From assembly GCA_905178155.1 (NCBI GenBank), contig CAJINV010000009.1:1110692-1174691 (forward strand): a stretch of 64,000 nt of DNA. Reading direction: 5' to 3'. This stretch comes from Amoebophrya sp. A120. Its lineage: Eukaryota; Protista; Dinoflagellata. The stretch's first letter is position 1, and every line of letters starts with the position of its first letter. This document shows positions 1 through 12,400 of the stretch, one piece after another. The translations under genes were made by a program, and so were the position numbers. The notes beneath the pieces were generated by a model. It searched no databases. It was not told the DNA's origin and saw only the letters and a list, made by a program, of their open reading frames with translations.

Positions 1-1008
1 GACACTTTGCTTCTGTTTCTCATCTCGGAAAGTTTGAAGAAGAAAATACTTTAGTGAAGGCATGCAGATTCTGTACGCAGGAAGGCATTCAACGCTGAAG
101 ACCGCATCTGGTACTCCTTGAAACGTCGCAAATTCGTTACTACTTTTAAACAAAACGCTCTCGCTGCGACGAAGCACGCTCAGGCACGGACCACTTTGCT
201 AGTGACGACGAAGACGCAAATCGAATTCGGCTATTCGAGCGATGGAACAAAAGAGTCGAAAGTTGCGAGAGCGGGAAAGGCAGCGGCAATGGCAAAAAGC
301 TGCCTCTGTCAGGATACTGAGGATTGCGTTCGTTGTACAGGAAACATCAAGTCGGATTTCTTTCTTCGAAACGTAACTCGTCAATACAGGCTGAAATACA
401 AATGATGAAAGACTCGCCGTGCACGTGGCGATACTCAAATACAATCAAGCAGAAAGAACAATTGATACACTGTAGTTGTCAACGAATTTAGTGGATACGA
501 ACATTTTTTATAGGTACATTGCGGGACGGAGTGAAGTTTAGGTCGACGTGGTACAAGAAGTTGCGTCTTCTAGTAAATCATACAAGAAATAAACCGTAGC
601 TTACAATGTTAGGTGTTACAGTTGTACTATCCGAAGGAACCGACTAGTTGCGAGGATTCCAGTCATATTTATACGTTCGGAAATGTCAAGATAATTCCTT
701 GTTTTTGTACAGGCGTTACGACTGAATAGGAATCGATACTGCAACGAGTATAGGTTTTTTACATCAACAAAAAAGTGCAAAAATACTCGTTTTCCGATGG
801 TTTTAATTTGATTATTTTTCAAAAACCGTGCGTCACCGTTTTTCGCCACTCTCCTCTCAGGGCTCCGTCATTTTCAATTCCGTTCCAAATTCGTCGTCCA
901 GGATCGACGACGTGGTCTGCTTGTGGTAGTACAGTCCCCCGCCCACGAGCAAAGCCATCACTCCCAGGGTGCACACACCGGCCCAAACCTGCGACATTCA
1001 GTTTTGAT

Positions 1009-2087
1009 TCAATCGCGATCGTACTGCTTCCGCATCCGCTGTACTATGTATGATTTCAAATTTTCTAAGCTAGCTGCGAAGCCATTGGCGGCCGTACGAT
1101 TCATACAAACAAAAACAAAGAAAAAAAAATACCGATGTGTGACTGGTCCGCGCCTCCAGCATGGTAAGCTCTTCGATCCGCTTGGTTTCCTCCTCCAACT
1201 CCCGCTGATCCACCCATCGCATGCTCGCTGTGCCGAGCGAAAGGTATTGCTCACCTGGGAGGTGTGTTTGAAAGGTAGACGATTGCAGCTTTTTCCGGTT
1301 GAACAATTTGCCCGGCATGGGAAAGACCACGAACATTGCGGATCTACAACATGGCACGAAAATGAACGACCTAGAACGTGAAAAGAATTCATTATGTATC
1401 TATAGATACCATTCACTGCGTCTCCGAACCGATCCACCGTGTTTCCAGCCATGCGCATGGAGCTCGGTCGGCCATCCAAGACATCGTCCTCGGCCACGGA
1501 ACCGTCGCCAAAGATCTCGATGCCATCCGAGTTTTCCGACGGTTCGGAATTGGCCTCGGAATCCGATGGCTCCTCCAATCCGGCAAGGTTAGCCGACTTC
1601 ATCGTCAGAGCCTTGTTGCCTGTAGTTTTAGGTTTCTTGATTTTCATTTGTCATTCAAGTGTAAGCAGCTACAACCTACCGGGAATGCTAAAGAGACAAC
1701 AAAGAACAAAGTCGCGCTCGCTTAAAATATCTATTGAGGACCGTCACACCACAGACCACCTATACCGACTCGCTTGGTCTTGGCCACTCCCGTTCGCGCG
1801 CCCCCGGCGTGCTTTGGGTGTTTGTCGGTCAGCAGAGCCCGGGGTCGCTGCAGAGCCTTTTCGTCGCCACTGGAGGTGTCCTCCTCGGGGGGCGTGTCCG
1901 TGGAGCCGTCGGAATTGTCCAGGTAAGTCTCTGCGCCCGAACCCTTGATGCCAAACCGACCCATCTGCGCTGCCGGAGCGTGGTGCTCCTTGGCGTCGTG
2001 CAGGTTCAAGTTTCCGTACACGATGTACACCTGATTCAAGGAGGCAACGAAAAAAGTTGCAACGAGGTTCGACACAGAGGACGACAT
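1009..2087 (-). CDS. Hypothetical protein, at least 2 exons; 3' structure uncertain
   Basis: ORF 1731..2087 joins ORF 1009..1647 in frame through a GT-AG intron 1620..1765 (GTC G|gtatag...ctacag|GC AAC). Acidic S/E/D-rich segments; no recognisable domain. Confidence 0.4.
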
Positions 2088-3013
2088 GGTCGTGACAGTG
2101 CTTCTATTCTGAATATACGGTTGTACGTAATATTGTGTGCTTATTTTTCTTCGAATTTCTTTCTTCAGCCCGAGCTGTCACGTCCTCTTGACAATCGAAG
2201 CTGTCAGACCACTCAAAGGTATCTTGCGTGTCCTAGTTGTTGGTTTTTGATTGAATTTCAGTGATGTCTTTTCCATGTGCTTCCACGTCGTGCTGATATC
2301 GGTTTCTCGAGTTAGAATGCAATACCAAGATCCCCGCTAGACAAGACCACGAGAGACGCGAGTATTCGGACAAAAACCAAATTTTTCGTCTCATCATTTT
2401 CTTGTCGTGGCCTCTTCACGAACGACAGCTGCACTCAGGCGATTTTATCTGTATCTCTACTCATCTCTATTCTCCTCGTTCTGCTCCACGTCGAAAAAGT
2501 ATATCAAATACAAATCCAGTCCATGTTGCTCGTCCGACACAATAAAGCTGCTCTCTTCCTTCTCATGTACGGACGAAGTTGAAGTTCTTGGTCGACGACT
2601 ACTTACTCGGAGACGAAATTAATATAGCTACGTACAGAGAGCAGTAAGCGAAACTGCAGCCAGCTATCATCTCCTTTGTCATCAGGATAAGCTATCGTAT
2701 CTGTCTGCTTCGCGTTTCGCGTGACAGTGATACAGAAAGACATGAATGAGTCGCGTCGTGTCGTTTCAATGGAACATGCGTGGGGGGACCACGCCGCGGG
2801 AAAATATCTTACGTCTTGGCAGGGGAGCCATCTTGATTCAATAACATCGGTGCATTTCTGTCGTCATCAAAGGACAATTTCATGCGCAAAAAACATGCAA
2901 GACGCATGGCACACGCGTTCGTGAAGATTCCGGAGTCCTTCCAATTGCGCATGCGCGCGGCGATGGTGCAGAGGCCAGTCGAGCAGTCGCACTGCTCGCG
3001 CCGGCGCAGGCGC

Positions 3014-4966
3014 TCACCAAGACTTCCACCATGGTCTGTCGCCGTCCTCGTCGTCGTCTTCTGCCATGTTCGCCTCGACATGGTTCCCCCCGTCCACGAA
3101 TTTCCGCACCTTCAGCTCCGAGTCGTTATTTCGGACCTATGGAAACACTTCACATTAAAAAATGACACGCTTTTATTTTCAGTGCTGGCTGCACATCGAG
3201 ATCGACTTCGTCAGTAGCACGAGAATCAAAGAAAATGCGACACCACAAAAAACCAAAGAATCAAAAGCAGTCGAATACGTTTGTTATGTGCTTTCTTCCA
3301 TCCTGCGACGTGAGAAAAGCGCGCAGCTTCTCTAGTTCTTTCTGCGTGTTTGCCTTTGCCTGTTTGGAATATTCTTTCGGCGAGAGATAGCTGGTATGTA
3401 TCTCCGCTTGTGACGCCACCTGTTATTTTCGTGCGAAGTTCATACACGATGTCGAAACTTCTCCACCTTGTTCGAAGGCCTAATTTATTATATGCAAATG
3501 CAGTTGCAATGCTGAAACAAGCCATAGCGTATGTAAGTATGAAAGGAAGTACGACCACGTTCTTTACCTCTCTTCGCATTCTGCAGGACTCGATACTGTG
3601 CCAAATGCTGTTCCAGGCGAGGAGTATAAAGAGGATAAAGATGTTCATAGCTGGCACGGTTGTGGACTTCAGCACGGCTATGATGCCGTAGACGAAAATT
3701 CCGTACTGCAGGAACTTCCTCGCCCGGCTGGAGTCGTCTTCATCGGGAATGTGGTCTATCCTGGCGCCGTTGCTCGCGATTGTGAATGCGATGTCTTGAC
3801 CCATCGGGATGTCTGTTTCTTTCACGCCGAACACGTACTGCCCGAACATGATGCCGCTTAACAGGGCAAGGCCAACCACGACCGCACCTACTGGAAACTC
3901 GTAGTACCTGTGTTGTCGTGTCGTTTTAGGGCAAGTGCCTTCTTCTGGTGGTGTTCCAAATACTTTAGTTAAACAAAGAAAGACCAAAAAAAAGATGAAA
4001 CCCCATTAAAATTAATGTGGCGCCGCTATAAATATGACAAATTCGTCAATACGGGTCCTGCAAACTGGCCACTGTGACGACGAGCTGCTGCACCATTTGG
4101 AAGGACGGGAGCATTGTCTGCCATGCGTACAACCCCATTGTTGGCGCAAGAATGACCATCATGTTCATGATGGCGAAGGTTTTCTGCCCAAACGGCAGCG
4201 CGTTCTTGGTCGACCGGAACGCGTAGTACATCACCACGCTCGCGAACAGCAGCAACCCCAACACTCCGCCCAGCGCCCAGTGCACCACTTGCGACCGCCC
4301 AAGGGTTTTGTAGAAAAGGACGGAGAAAATGCCGCTGAAGAGGAGGAAGACCCGCAGGTGATCAATCTGGATGACCCAATCTGCTTTCAAATTTCTCGGC
4401 AGATTCGCTTTCGTGGATTCCAGAAACAAGCACTGTGCGGGACTGTTCACCTCGCAAGCCTGCTTTATGGGCTCCGCATGCGGCTCGGGTCTTGCTTCGT
4501 CTTCCGCATAGTAGGCCGTGCCTGGTGCGGTCGTCCTACTCCGCTGCTGCTGCGCACTACTGCTGTCCTCCTTGTACACTGGGTACGCCACGCAACTCGG
4601 TGCGCAGCCGTCGTGGCAGTCTTCGCACAGAAAGGGCGCGAAAACCTTCGTGACGTAGTAGTGGGCGTGCTTGAAGAGCAGCCTACACAATAACCCACGG
4701 GGAACGGGGTTTGCGGACAGGGTGAAGGGGACAGATCTGGAGCTAGTAGCGCCGGCGAAGAGGGCGAGCTGGTCCTGGAATTTTTGCATGCCGCTCTGCG
4801 GCTCCGTGCTTGGCCAGGAGAGTTGCAGTTCCAGCTTCTGCAGAGGCGTGCGAATGGCGGCGGGAGCGCACACCGTCCGGCTATCGACGGAGCCCAGCAC
4901 CGGGTCTGCATGGACCACGGTTGTCAGCAGAAAAACATGCAGAAGCAAGTTCATGTCGCTGCGCAT
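3014..4966 (-). CDS. NEMP1: NEMP1/TMEM194-like nuclear envelope membrane protein, 4 exons
   Basis: N-terminal hydrophobic signal and several TM segments (LGRSQVVHWALGGVLGLLL). The NEMP-type C-terminal motif YLSPKEYSKQAKANTQKELEKLR appears after splicing GT-AG introns 3908..4052, 3420..3567 and 3137..3278. TGA at 3014-3016. Confidence 0.7.
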
Positions 4967-6052
4967 AGGAACGTCGTGAAATAGCTACTGATTGCGCACA
5001 GTAGTTTTTACTTTGTCCAAGGTGGGCAGTCCGAGTTTCTCATGGTGGGCAACGGTATGGAGAAGAGAAGATCTATTTGTTGCAAACACGACCCAAACAT
5101 AAAACCAGCCGAATCGCGTTACGACCAGCAGAGAGCATGCATTGATTTCTATATTGCTGAAACAGCACAGAGCAACAAAGTACAAGCAAATTTTACCTTG
5201 CTAAAAAGTTTATTTGGTGGAAACCAAAAAGAAAGAGTAGGGTCCTGAGAGAAGCAAGTGTTGTCGATGTATTCATTTACAGTTGGGACTTATTTGCCGA
5301 TGATCATCAGCTTCCGTGTCATCTTTATAACAACGTCGGAGAGTCCTTGCTGCATGCAGCCACCTAGGTATGCGCTATCACTCAAACATCTTGCAGTGAC
5401 AGTGTTTCAATCCCATATGAATATGAACAGCAACCCTGGAACTCACAGAGAACTCAGTGCGTTTCAAATAGCACCTTAAGCAAAGGCGTATCTAGTCAAG
5501 CCTGTGACTTTTCAATACTGTTGGGATCCGCTGGAAGAGCCCATTATTTCATTTTCTAAAACTATTCAGAAGCTGTACAAGTGCAGGCTGCACTAATCCG
5601 TTGCAATCAACATTATCCGCATTTCCTAATCTGCCAAAGCATATAAACTTCGAATCGCATTCCGTCACACACACGCTCTAAATTTTAGTACAATGAATAA
5701 TTTAGTGTAAGAATCGGCGCGAAATGCAGGATTAATTTTCGACTATTCACGTCGCGGCTCTCATTTGTGCTATTGATTCACTGTTCTCGGCTCTTTCAGA
5801 ATCGGCTCTGAAGTTCCTTTGCTGCTGCTATTCTCGATAAAATCTGTTCTCGGTTCCAATATTCCTTTGTCTGGTGACGTTCTGCTAAGTCTAATCAAGC
5901 TGGCCATGGTCCTGAGGTTTATCTGTTCTCTTGGCTACTAGCATTTCTTTGGTGACTCTTTTTGTTGCGCATGCGTATCTTGCTTCTTCTTACTTTTTCA
6001 TCGCGAATCATCGCTTCGTGTTTCTTTCGCGACCTGCTATTACTCTCGCTAC

Positions 6053-7584
6053 TTAGAGCAGGAAGGGCAAGTCAGAGTTCTGCAGACCATGACCGATGTA
6101 GACAGAGCCGAAGTACCTCTTTTCTGCCACAGCGTAGAACACGTAGCCCGGCCACATCAGGGATCGCAGTTGTACCTGTTAACATCATGTTTTTTTTGTG
6201 ACAAAAATCAGTATCAGAACAAATACGCAATGAAGAAAAGCCGGCAACAGATCTGTGAAGAAAAACATCTGTACTCGACACAAGTACTCTACTGTTCTTG
6301 ATTGTGCGCTTATTCTTCATTTACCGAGCTGACGGTAGCGTCGGATCGCATTGCCCAGCACCCCGTTGGCAGGCTCGTGGTCAGGCGGTCCAGAAAGTTC
6401 GAGTTCTTCCATTCCACGTCGTCCTTTGCCATTGCGCGCTGCTTGCCGATCTGTGGAGTTTCAATCAGCAAGGAAAATTGATCATGATCATGCCACCTGC
6501 CGCCGATGAGAGCATCTAGTCATTGTCATGCGGTAGGGGTGCAACAAGGAACCTAGTACTTACTAAGCACTTCTTCATATGCAAGAAACTCACACAATAG
6601 CAATACAAATAAAAAAGAACTCGACATCTATACGTCGCTTGCCGGCCTGAAATGCGCAAAGCTGCCGAGATCGGTGAGTTCGGACCAGCTCAGGCCTGCG
6701 TACTCCGCACTTGGGACGACCTGGTGTGCGTCGTTGAGGACAAAGGCGGTTGCTGGTACTACCGAGGTCTCGGCGTCGATGGCGCCGATGGTGTACGAGA
6801 GCCTGTGCAGCTCGGTGATCGGGCTCTCCTCCATCTCCTCTGGGTCATCTGCGAAATATTGCGAAATTTGGATTTCAAATTGCAACTAGATCCAGCAGCA
6901 AATGCAAAAAAATCATTGTGCATGAAAGAAAAACTAAATATCCAGTACTTATACCCTCTTTTTTTGGGAAGAGCAAGCAGTCTGGTTCACCGCTGAAGGG
7001 AGTCTCCGCTGGAAAAGTTTCGATCATAGCCTTCTCGTCGTCCGTTAGCAAAGCCAAATCGCCGAACGTAAAGGTCTCGCCCGTCCTGTTGATATGAGGA
7101 ATGAACAAAGAGGTCGACAAAATTCACAGACGAATGGTGGCACCGTGTCTCTTCATTCCTTTGCTTATGTTCAGGCTTGATGAGAAAATTCAAATTGGAA
7201 AAAACATCCAGTACGCGCAGTAGAACTGTTTTGAGGGGAACTCGATATCGTTGTCCCGGATTCCGTAAGCGATGTAGTAGTCCTGAGTCTTTCCGAAGAT
7301 TTTACCCCAGAAGAAAATCCGACCGTATTTCTCGTCTGCTTGAAGCTTCGAGAGACCTGTTGAATGAGAAGGAGAAAAGTACTGTAGTTGCAATGAATCG
7401 CTTGGGTCATGCCTCGCCGCAGAGCAGAAACCAGAAAGAGAACAAACAGCACCCACAAGACAGTATCCGATATATTTGAAACAGAAACAGTACTGGCAGT
7501 AAGCATGGCAATCTCCGCGACGTTGAGGGTGTAACCCTGACTGCTGAGGAACCGAAGTCCCATTTCGATGTCGACCACCTCCAT
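6053..7584 (-). CDS. RSPH9: Radial spoke head protein 9 (axonemal), 6 exons
   Basis: Motifs IFFWGKIFGKTQDYYIAYG, ELHRLSYTIGAIDAETSVVP and LRSLMWPGYVFY...YFGSVYIGHGLQNSDLPFLL*. GT-AG introns 7357..7493, 7086..7214, 6849..6954, 6451..6633 and 6176..6324 all keep frame. Confidence 0.92.
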
Positions 7585-9489
7585 CTTTCCGTTGATACGG
7601 GAGCTTAACTAAAAACTACACCACGATACGTACGCAGAACCCTCTTGTACTGAGAACCTATTTCGAGATTTATTTTCACAATTGTTTAAAGAAACAGGCA
7701 AAACCCTTTTTCCCGTAGAAGTCTACTCTCCTCGAACATTTACATAATGGCACTTTCGTCGTCCTTATTCAAAACTACAAGCTCTTCTTCTCTCCTCAGA
7801 TTTCGTAGCAGATTTCGTACTTGCAGAAAGAAAAACAGAAGTAGGCTCTTAGATAATAAGTTCCGTGCGGATGTTGACAAGAATCCAACGTACTAAATCG
7901 ACACGAATCAACGCCAACCCGTAACTACTTGGTCGCTAGTAGAAATGTTGCACACGGAGCTGCACCCCAACGATTCCAACTGATAAATTTCAACACTGTC
8001 TGTGGTCCGTCAGATTCTAGGTCTCCTCTCGATCTCGTGCTCTCTCTGAGCTTTCGCGAAAGTTTTTTCACTCACATTGTCTCTCCTGTAGCAAATACGC
8101 AATTATAGAACAACATGCATTCATTCAGCGCGACTTCACCTCGCCCGCACAACGGAGCAAGTGCCCAGCTGTCATTCTCAAATTGATTGAGCAGTGATCG
8201 AAGAGCTAGAGCATCCCAAAAAAAGCATTTCGGCAATCAACAAAGAAATGGCTGATCAAGCTACGTCGACGAAAGTAGCATTTTTTCTTTAAACCCAAGG
8301 GGTTGGTCTCGGTGTTAATAGCAATAAAAACCGAACAACATCGGTGTCGGTTTAGAAGATACAGAGAGAGTGAGAGGCTTTCAGTTAGTTTTGAAGAGAC
8401 AAAAAATTCATTATGTGGAAAAAAGTCTTTCCGGTCGTCTATTTTTATGGTAGAAGTCCTGAAATAATCCAACTATTCTCTGGAAAAGTGAAGATATGTC
8501 ATCGGAAATAAAAAGCGACTGTAGGACCAGCGAGTCTCTGCTGCAGCTTCGGCTGCGTGCTCATAGAACATAATTTTCCACTGATACGGGTTGGGATGTT
8601 ACATACGTTCTAGAACAATGCCATAAATTATAGCCTGTTCGTGATGGTGTGCGACACGAAACAGCGTCTTGCACCCACGCAAAAGAACAATCAAACATCA
8701 AAAGCTGCCCCCTCAGTACTAACTTAATCTCTCCCCGGCTATGTCCTAGCAAGCAGAGCCACTCCGGTGCTAATACGGAAACCGCCAGAGGACGATGAAT
8801 ACTAAAATAAAATGTAGGAGAGGCCGCAGAGGAATGACATGCCGACCAACTACGTGCTGGACTGCAATATCTACCGATAGCCCTAGTCGTTGTGGTGGAA
8901 GAAAATATCGATCGCGACTGTATTCTCGTAAACGTCATAATTATCATGGTAGTGCGGCTAGTGTGACTTCATTTTTTGCTGAATTCTCGAGATAAGAAAG
9001 AGTTGAAATAAGAACTGTCGAATAAAAATATACAAGAAGATGATGAAAAGGAGAAAATAAATGAACTGATAAAAACAAGTGAATCAATTTCTTGAAGAAC
9101 AAGAAGGAAAAGGTGTGTATAAGAACTGTAGTCAAATCATGGCGGTGAAGAAAAGCAACTTGCTGCCGTACCATTTCCTAGTCTATTGCGTTCTGTCTCT
9201 GTCGCATTTATGCTTCCTCGTATCTCGTGTCGTGTTTATACTGTGTGCCGAAAGCTTGTCGTAAAATGTCGCTGCAGGTAATATCAAGTAAAAGCCTTCA
9301 CATTCTTTGTTTTTCCTCTAGGTAAGTACTTAGCTACCAACAATCAACGAGCTCCCCCGGTCCAAATTAGGTAAATTTTCCAAACATTGATCGCTATGCA
9401 GCTTTTTTTCTCTGCTTTCTCGTGCAAAAAAAGTTTCATTGTCGCATTAATGTTTGCGCCAGGTCGTTCTTGCGCTGCTCTTCTCTCCA

Positions 9490-12400
9490 TCAGCTGTGTC
9501 GGTCTCTTGCCGCCTCCCAAGCCTCATCAGAAACGGTGTGCTTCTGATTCGATACCCGCAAAGACACCATAAGTCGCACCTGCGATGATGGTGAAAAGGT
9601 TTAATTTCAATCTTGACTGTGGCCACTAACACTATCATGTTTGTACTTCTACAATTCTTCCCGAGGTTTCGACCCTCCTGGCCAGCACAGGCTTAATCTC
9701 GTCCTAGTAGCACATAGCTTAACACAAAAGTTTACCTCTACTGCAGTCTTCAGCCATGCGGGCCCGACAGAACTACCCACCGGAGACCCCGAGACCTGCA
9801 TGTATGTAATATGTAGATGGTCTTCTGTTTTTGATTCTGTTCTGTGAGCAGTTTGTACATGAAACACGTCGATGAGAAGCTGTTTTATTCTCGAAGAGCT
9901 CAAGAATGGCCGTGGTAGCACAATCAAAAAGAAGGTAACTTCAAGCATGCACATTTACCGTCGTCGCCGCGTGATGGTCCCGTAACCCTGCGGCACAGTG
10001 CTTCTTGGTCGCTGACTCATCGTAATCCATGTCGGTGTCCGATTCCGCTTGTAAATCCCCCGCTCCGCTCGGGTTTATTCCTGGTGCGATATCGGCCGCC
10101 AGGCCGGGAACAAGGCTGGCAAAGGGGGGTGGTTTGAACGGAACGGGCGCGGTCGCTGCGCCGGAAAGATGCCGGGTCGGCGGTCCCGCCTCTTCCTGCG
10201 CGACAGTGCCAGTCGCAGCTGCACGGTGGGGCCGGAACGGGACGAAGGGAAACAGCGAACTCGCCCCTAAAAAGCCGCCGGAATTTCGGCTCAGGTGATC
10301 GAGGACCATCTGCTCCTGCTCCTGCTCGGCGATTGTAGCGGGACCAGACGAAGACGTCGTCCCGAGGCAGAAGCTCTGGGACTGCCGCAGGGGCCCACCG
10401 TTCGGCGCTCGCGCCGAAACGTCCGGTTCGCGTGCCCGCTTCGACAGCACAAATGGTCCGAAGGTCTGCGCCTTCGGCTGATTGCTCGGGAAAGCGGAGC
10501 TCACCACGCGCCCGCGGGCCTGCGAGATGCCGAGCTGCGCGGAACCGGTGTGCTATGCGAGGAAAAAAGATCTTCTTATCGTATCCGTAGCCTCGACTGT
10601 GTTCTTAGTAGACAGCGTTTCTATCTCTTTCGATGTGCAAAGAAATCATGATAGCCGCATGAATCTCTACCGCGACTTACGACCACCCTGCTTAGTGGCA
10701 TGTGTTTTCGTTTCAACATGATAGTCGTGACACGTAGCAAAAGTTGACTTTCCACAACCTCGCACTCTACTGTTGAAAAATCATGATACAACAAAGCTTC
10801 GTGTAGTGATTCAGAGCCTTTTTCCCTTGCCTATTGGACGGCTGCGGCGGCTGCGCTGGCGGTCCATTTGCACCACGTCTTCGTCCTCGAAGATGGGGGA
10901 CGGTCCAGGCATCCCCGCGGGTCCCCACTGCGGCTGTTGGCCGGAGAAGCAGGCGGGCGTAGTGCTGTCCCACTGCGGCTCGGCGACCGAGGCTGCGCCA
11001 CTGTGGGAGTACCCGGTCGACACCGTTGACTCGAAAGACGGCGGTCCCGTGGTGGTGGCCCCCTCCCAGCCCGAGAACGGACTCGGTCCGCGCGCCAGGC
11101 TATTCCACTTACTGAAGTGGTTCGCCTGCTCCGAAAAGACGGCACTGCCCGGCGAGGCGGCGGCCAGCGAAGATTGCGGGGTGTTCATCTGTGCTGATGG
11201 TGGCCCGAACTCAACAGCGGGCCCGGCTGCCGCAGTGCTAGGCTGCTGCTGCTGCTGCTGCTGTGCCAGTGTAGTAGATGCGGCGGCCGGTGTCGACGCG
11301 GCGGTTGTGCTGCGCACCGGGTTGCTTACTGTGCCAGTTGATGGTGTTCCGCTTCCGCAACCCGCCAGGGAGGCAGCGGACATCGCGGCTCCGGCCGCAG
11401 GCGACAGCTGCGTCAAGAACGGACTACTTCCGGCTGCTCCGGCGGCGCTCAACTGCGGCTGCGGGTACGCCAAACCAGCCAGAGACCCGGTGGAGGACGA
11501 TGCGCCGATGCTCGACTCGGCGTAACCGACGGCGCCCGCGGCGCCCCGGCCGCAAAACGTACTTTCGTCCTGGTCGTCCTGGAACGCGGGAGCTCCGGGG
11601 GGGAGTTGCGCTTTCTGAAGGAGGTAGCTCGCGTAATACTCGAATTCGTACTCCTTCTGCAGCTCGTCCTCGCGGTCGCGCTTGTTCCGTTCCCACGCAA
11701 ACTCGACCTTCTCGGCCTCCCGCGCGCGCTGCAGGTCCGCCAGCTTCTTCGCCTGGCCCTGGCGGACCGACTTCCGGGTGGACTTGCGGAACCAGTAGCT
11801 GGCGAGGCCATACGTCTTCTGGTTCACTTCGTCGAAGTACACAAACACGCCGGGAAAAGCGCCCTTCTGGTCCAGCTCGTCCGGGTAGTCCTCGGGCGTC
11901 TTGCTCAGCCAGCCGTGGAGACTTTGCGCCGCTGCGGCGATGCCGTGCATCTCCTCGGCCTCGCGGCCAACGTGACCCCGCCCCTCCTTGCTGCGGATGG
12001 TCAGCGAAGCTTGGTTCAGTTTCTGGAACAAATCCTGCGTCCGGTCGAGTGCCTGCTTCGCGGGTGCGGCCTCGTCTTCTGGCTGCGTGGCGTCGATGGT
12101 TCGCTTGTTGCGAACCGCGTCCGTGTGGGCCCAGATAATCAGCTCCTGCCCATGGCTCACCTCGCGGATGCCGGCGGCGGACCGCAGCTCCTCCTCGGAA
12201 GGCAGAACTGCCTGCTCCTGACTGCTTCTGCTCGCCACACTGCCCTCCTTCAACATCCATTCCGTTTCCTGCGCGACTTCGGACGGAGCCAGCTTGTACC
12301 TGACGGTGATGTTTACTATCTGACAATGTACGATACTTCACCCGCAAGCGCCGGAGCGAGGTGGGCCAGATTCTTGACCACCAAAACAATTACGAATACG

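Noticed and set aside
10552-10831. GC-AG intron (ATAG|GCAAGG ... CATAG|CAC)
   Set aside because: Donor phase 1 and acceptor phase 0 are incompatible. The inverted-repeat model restores the frame.
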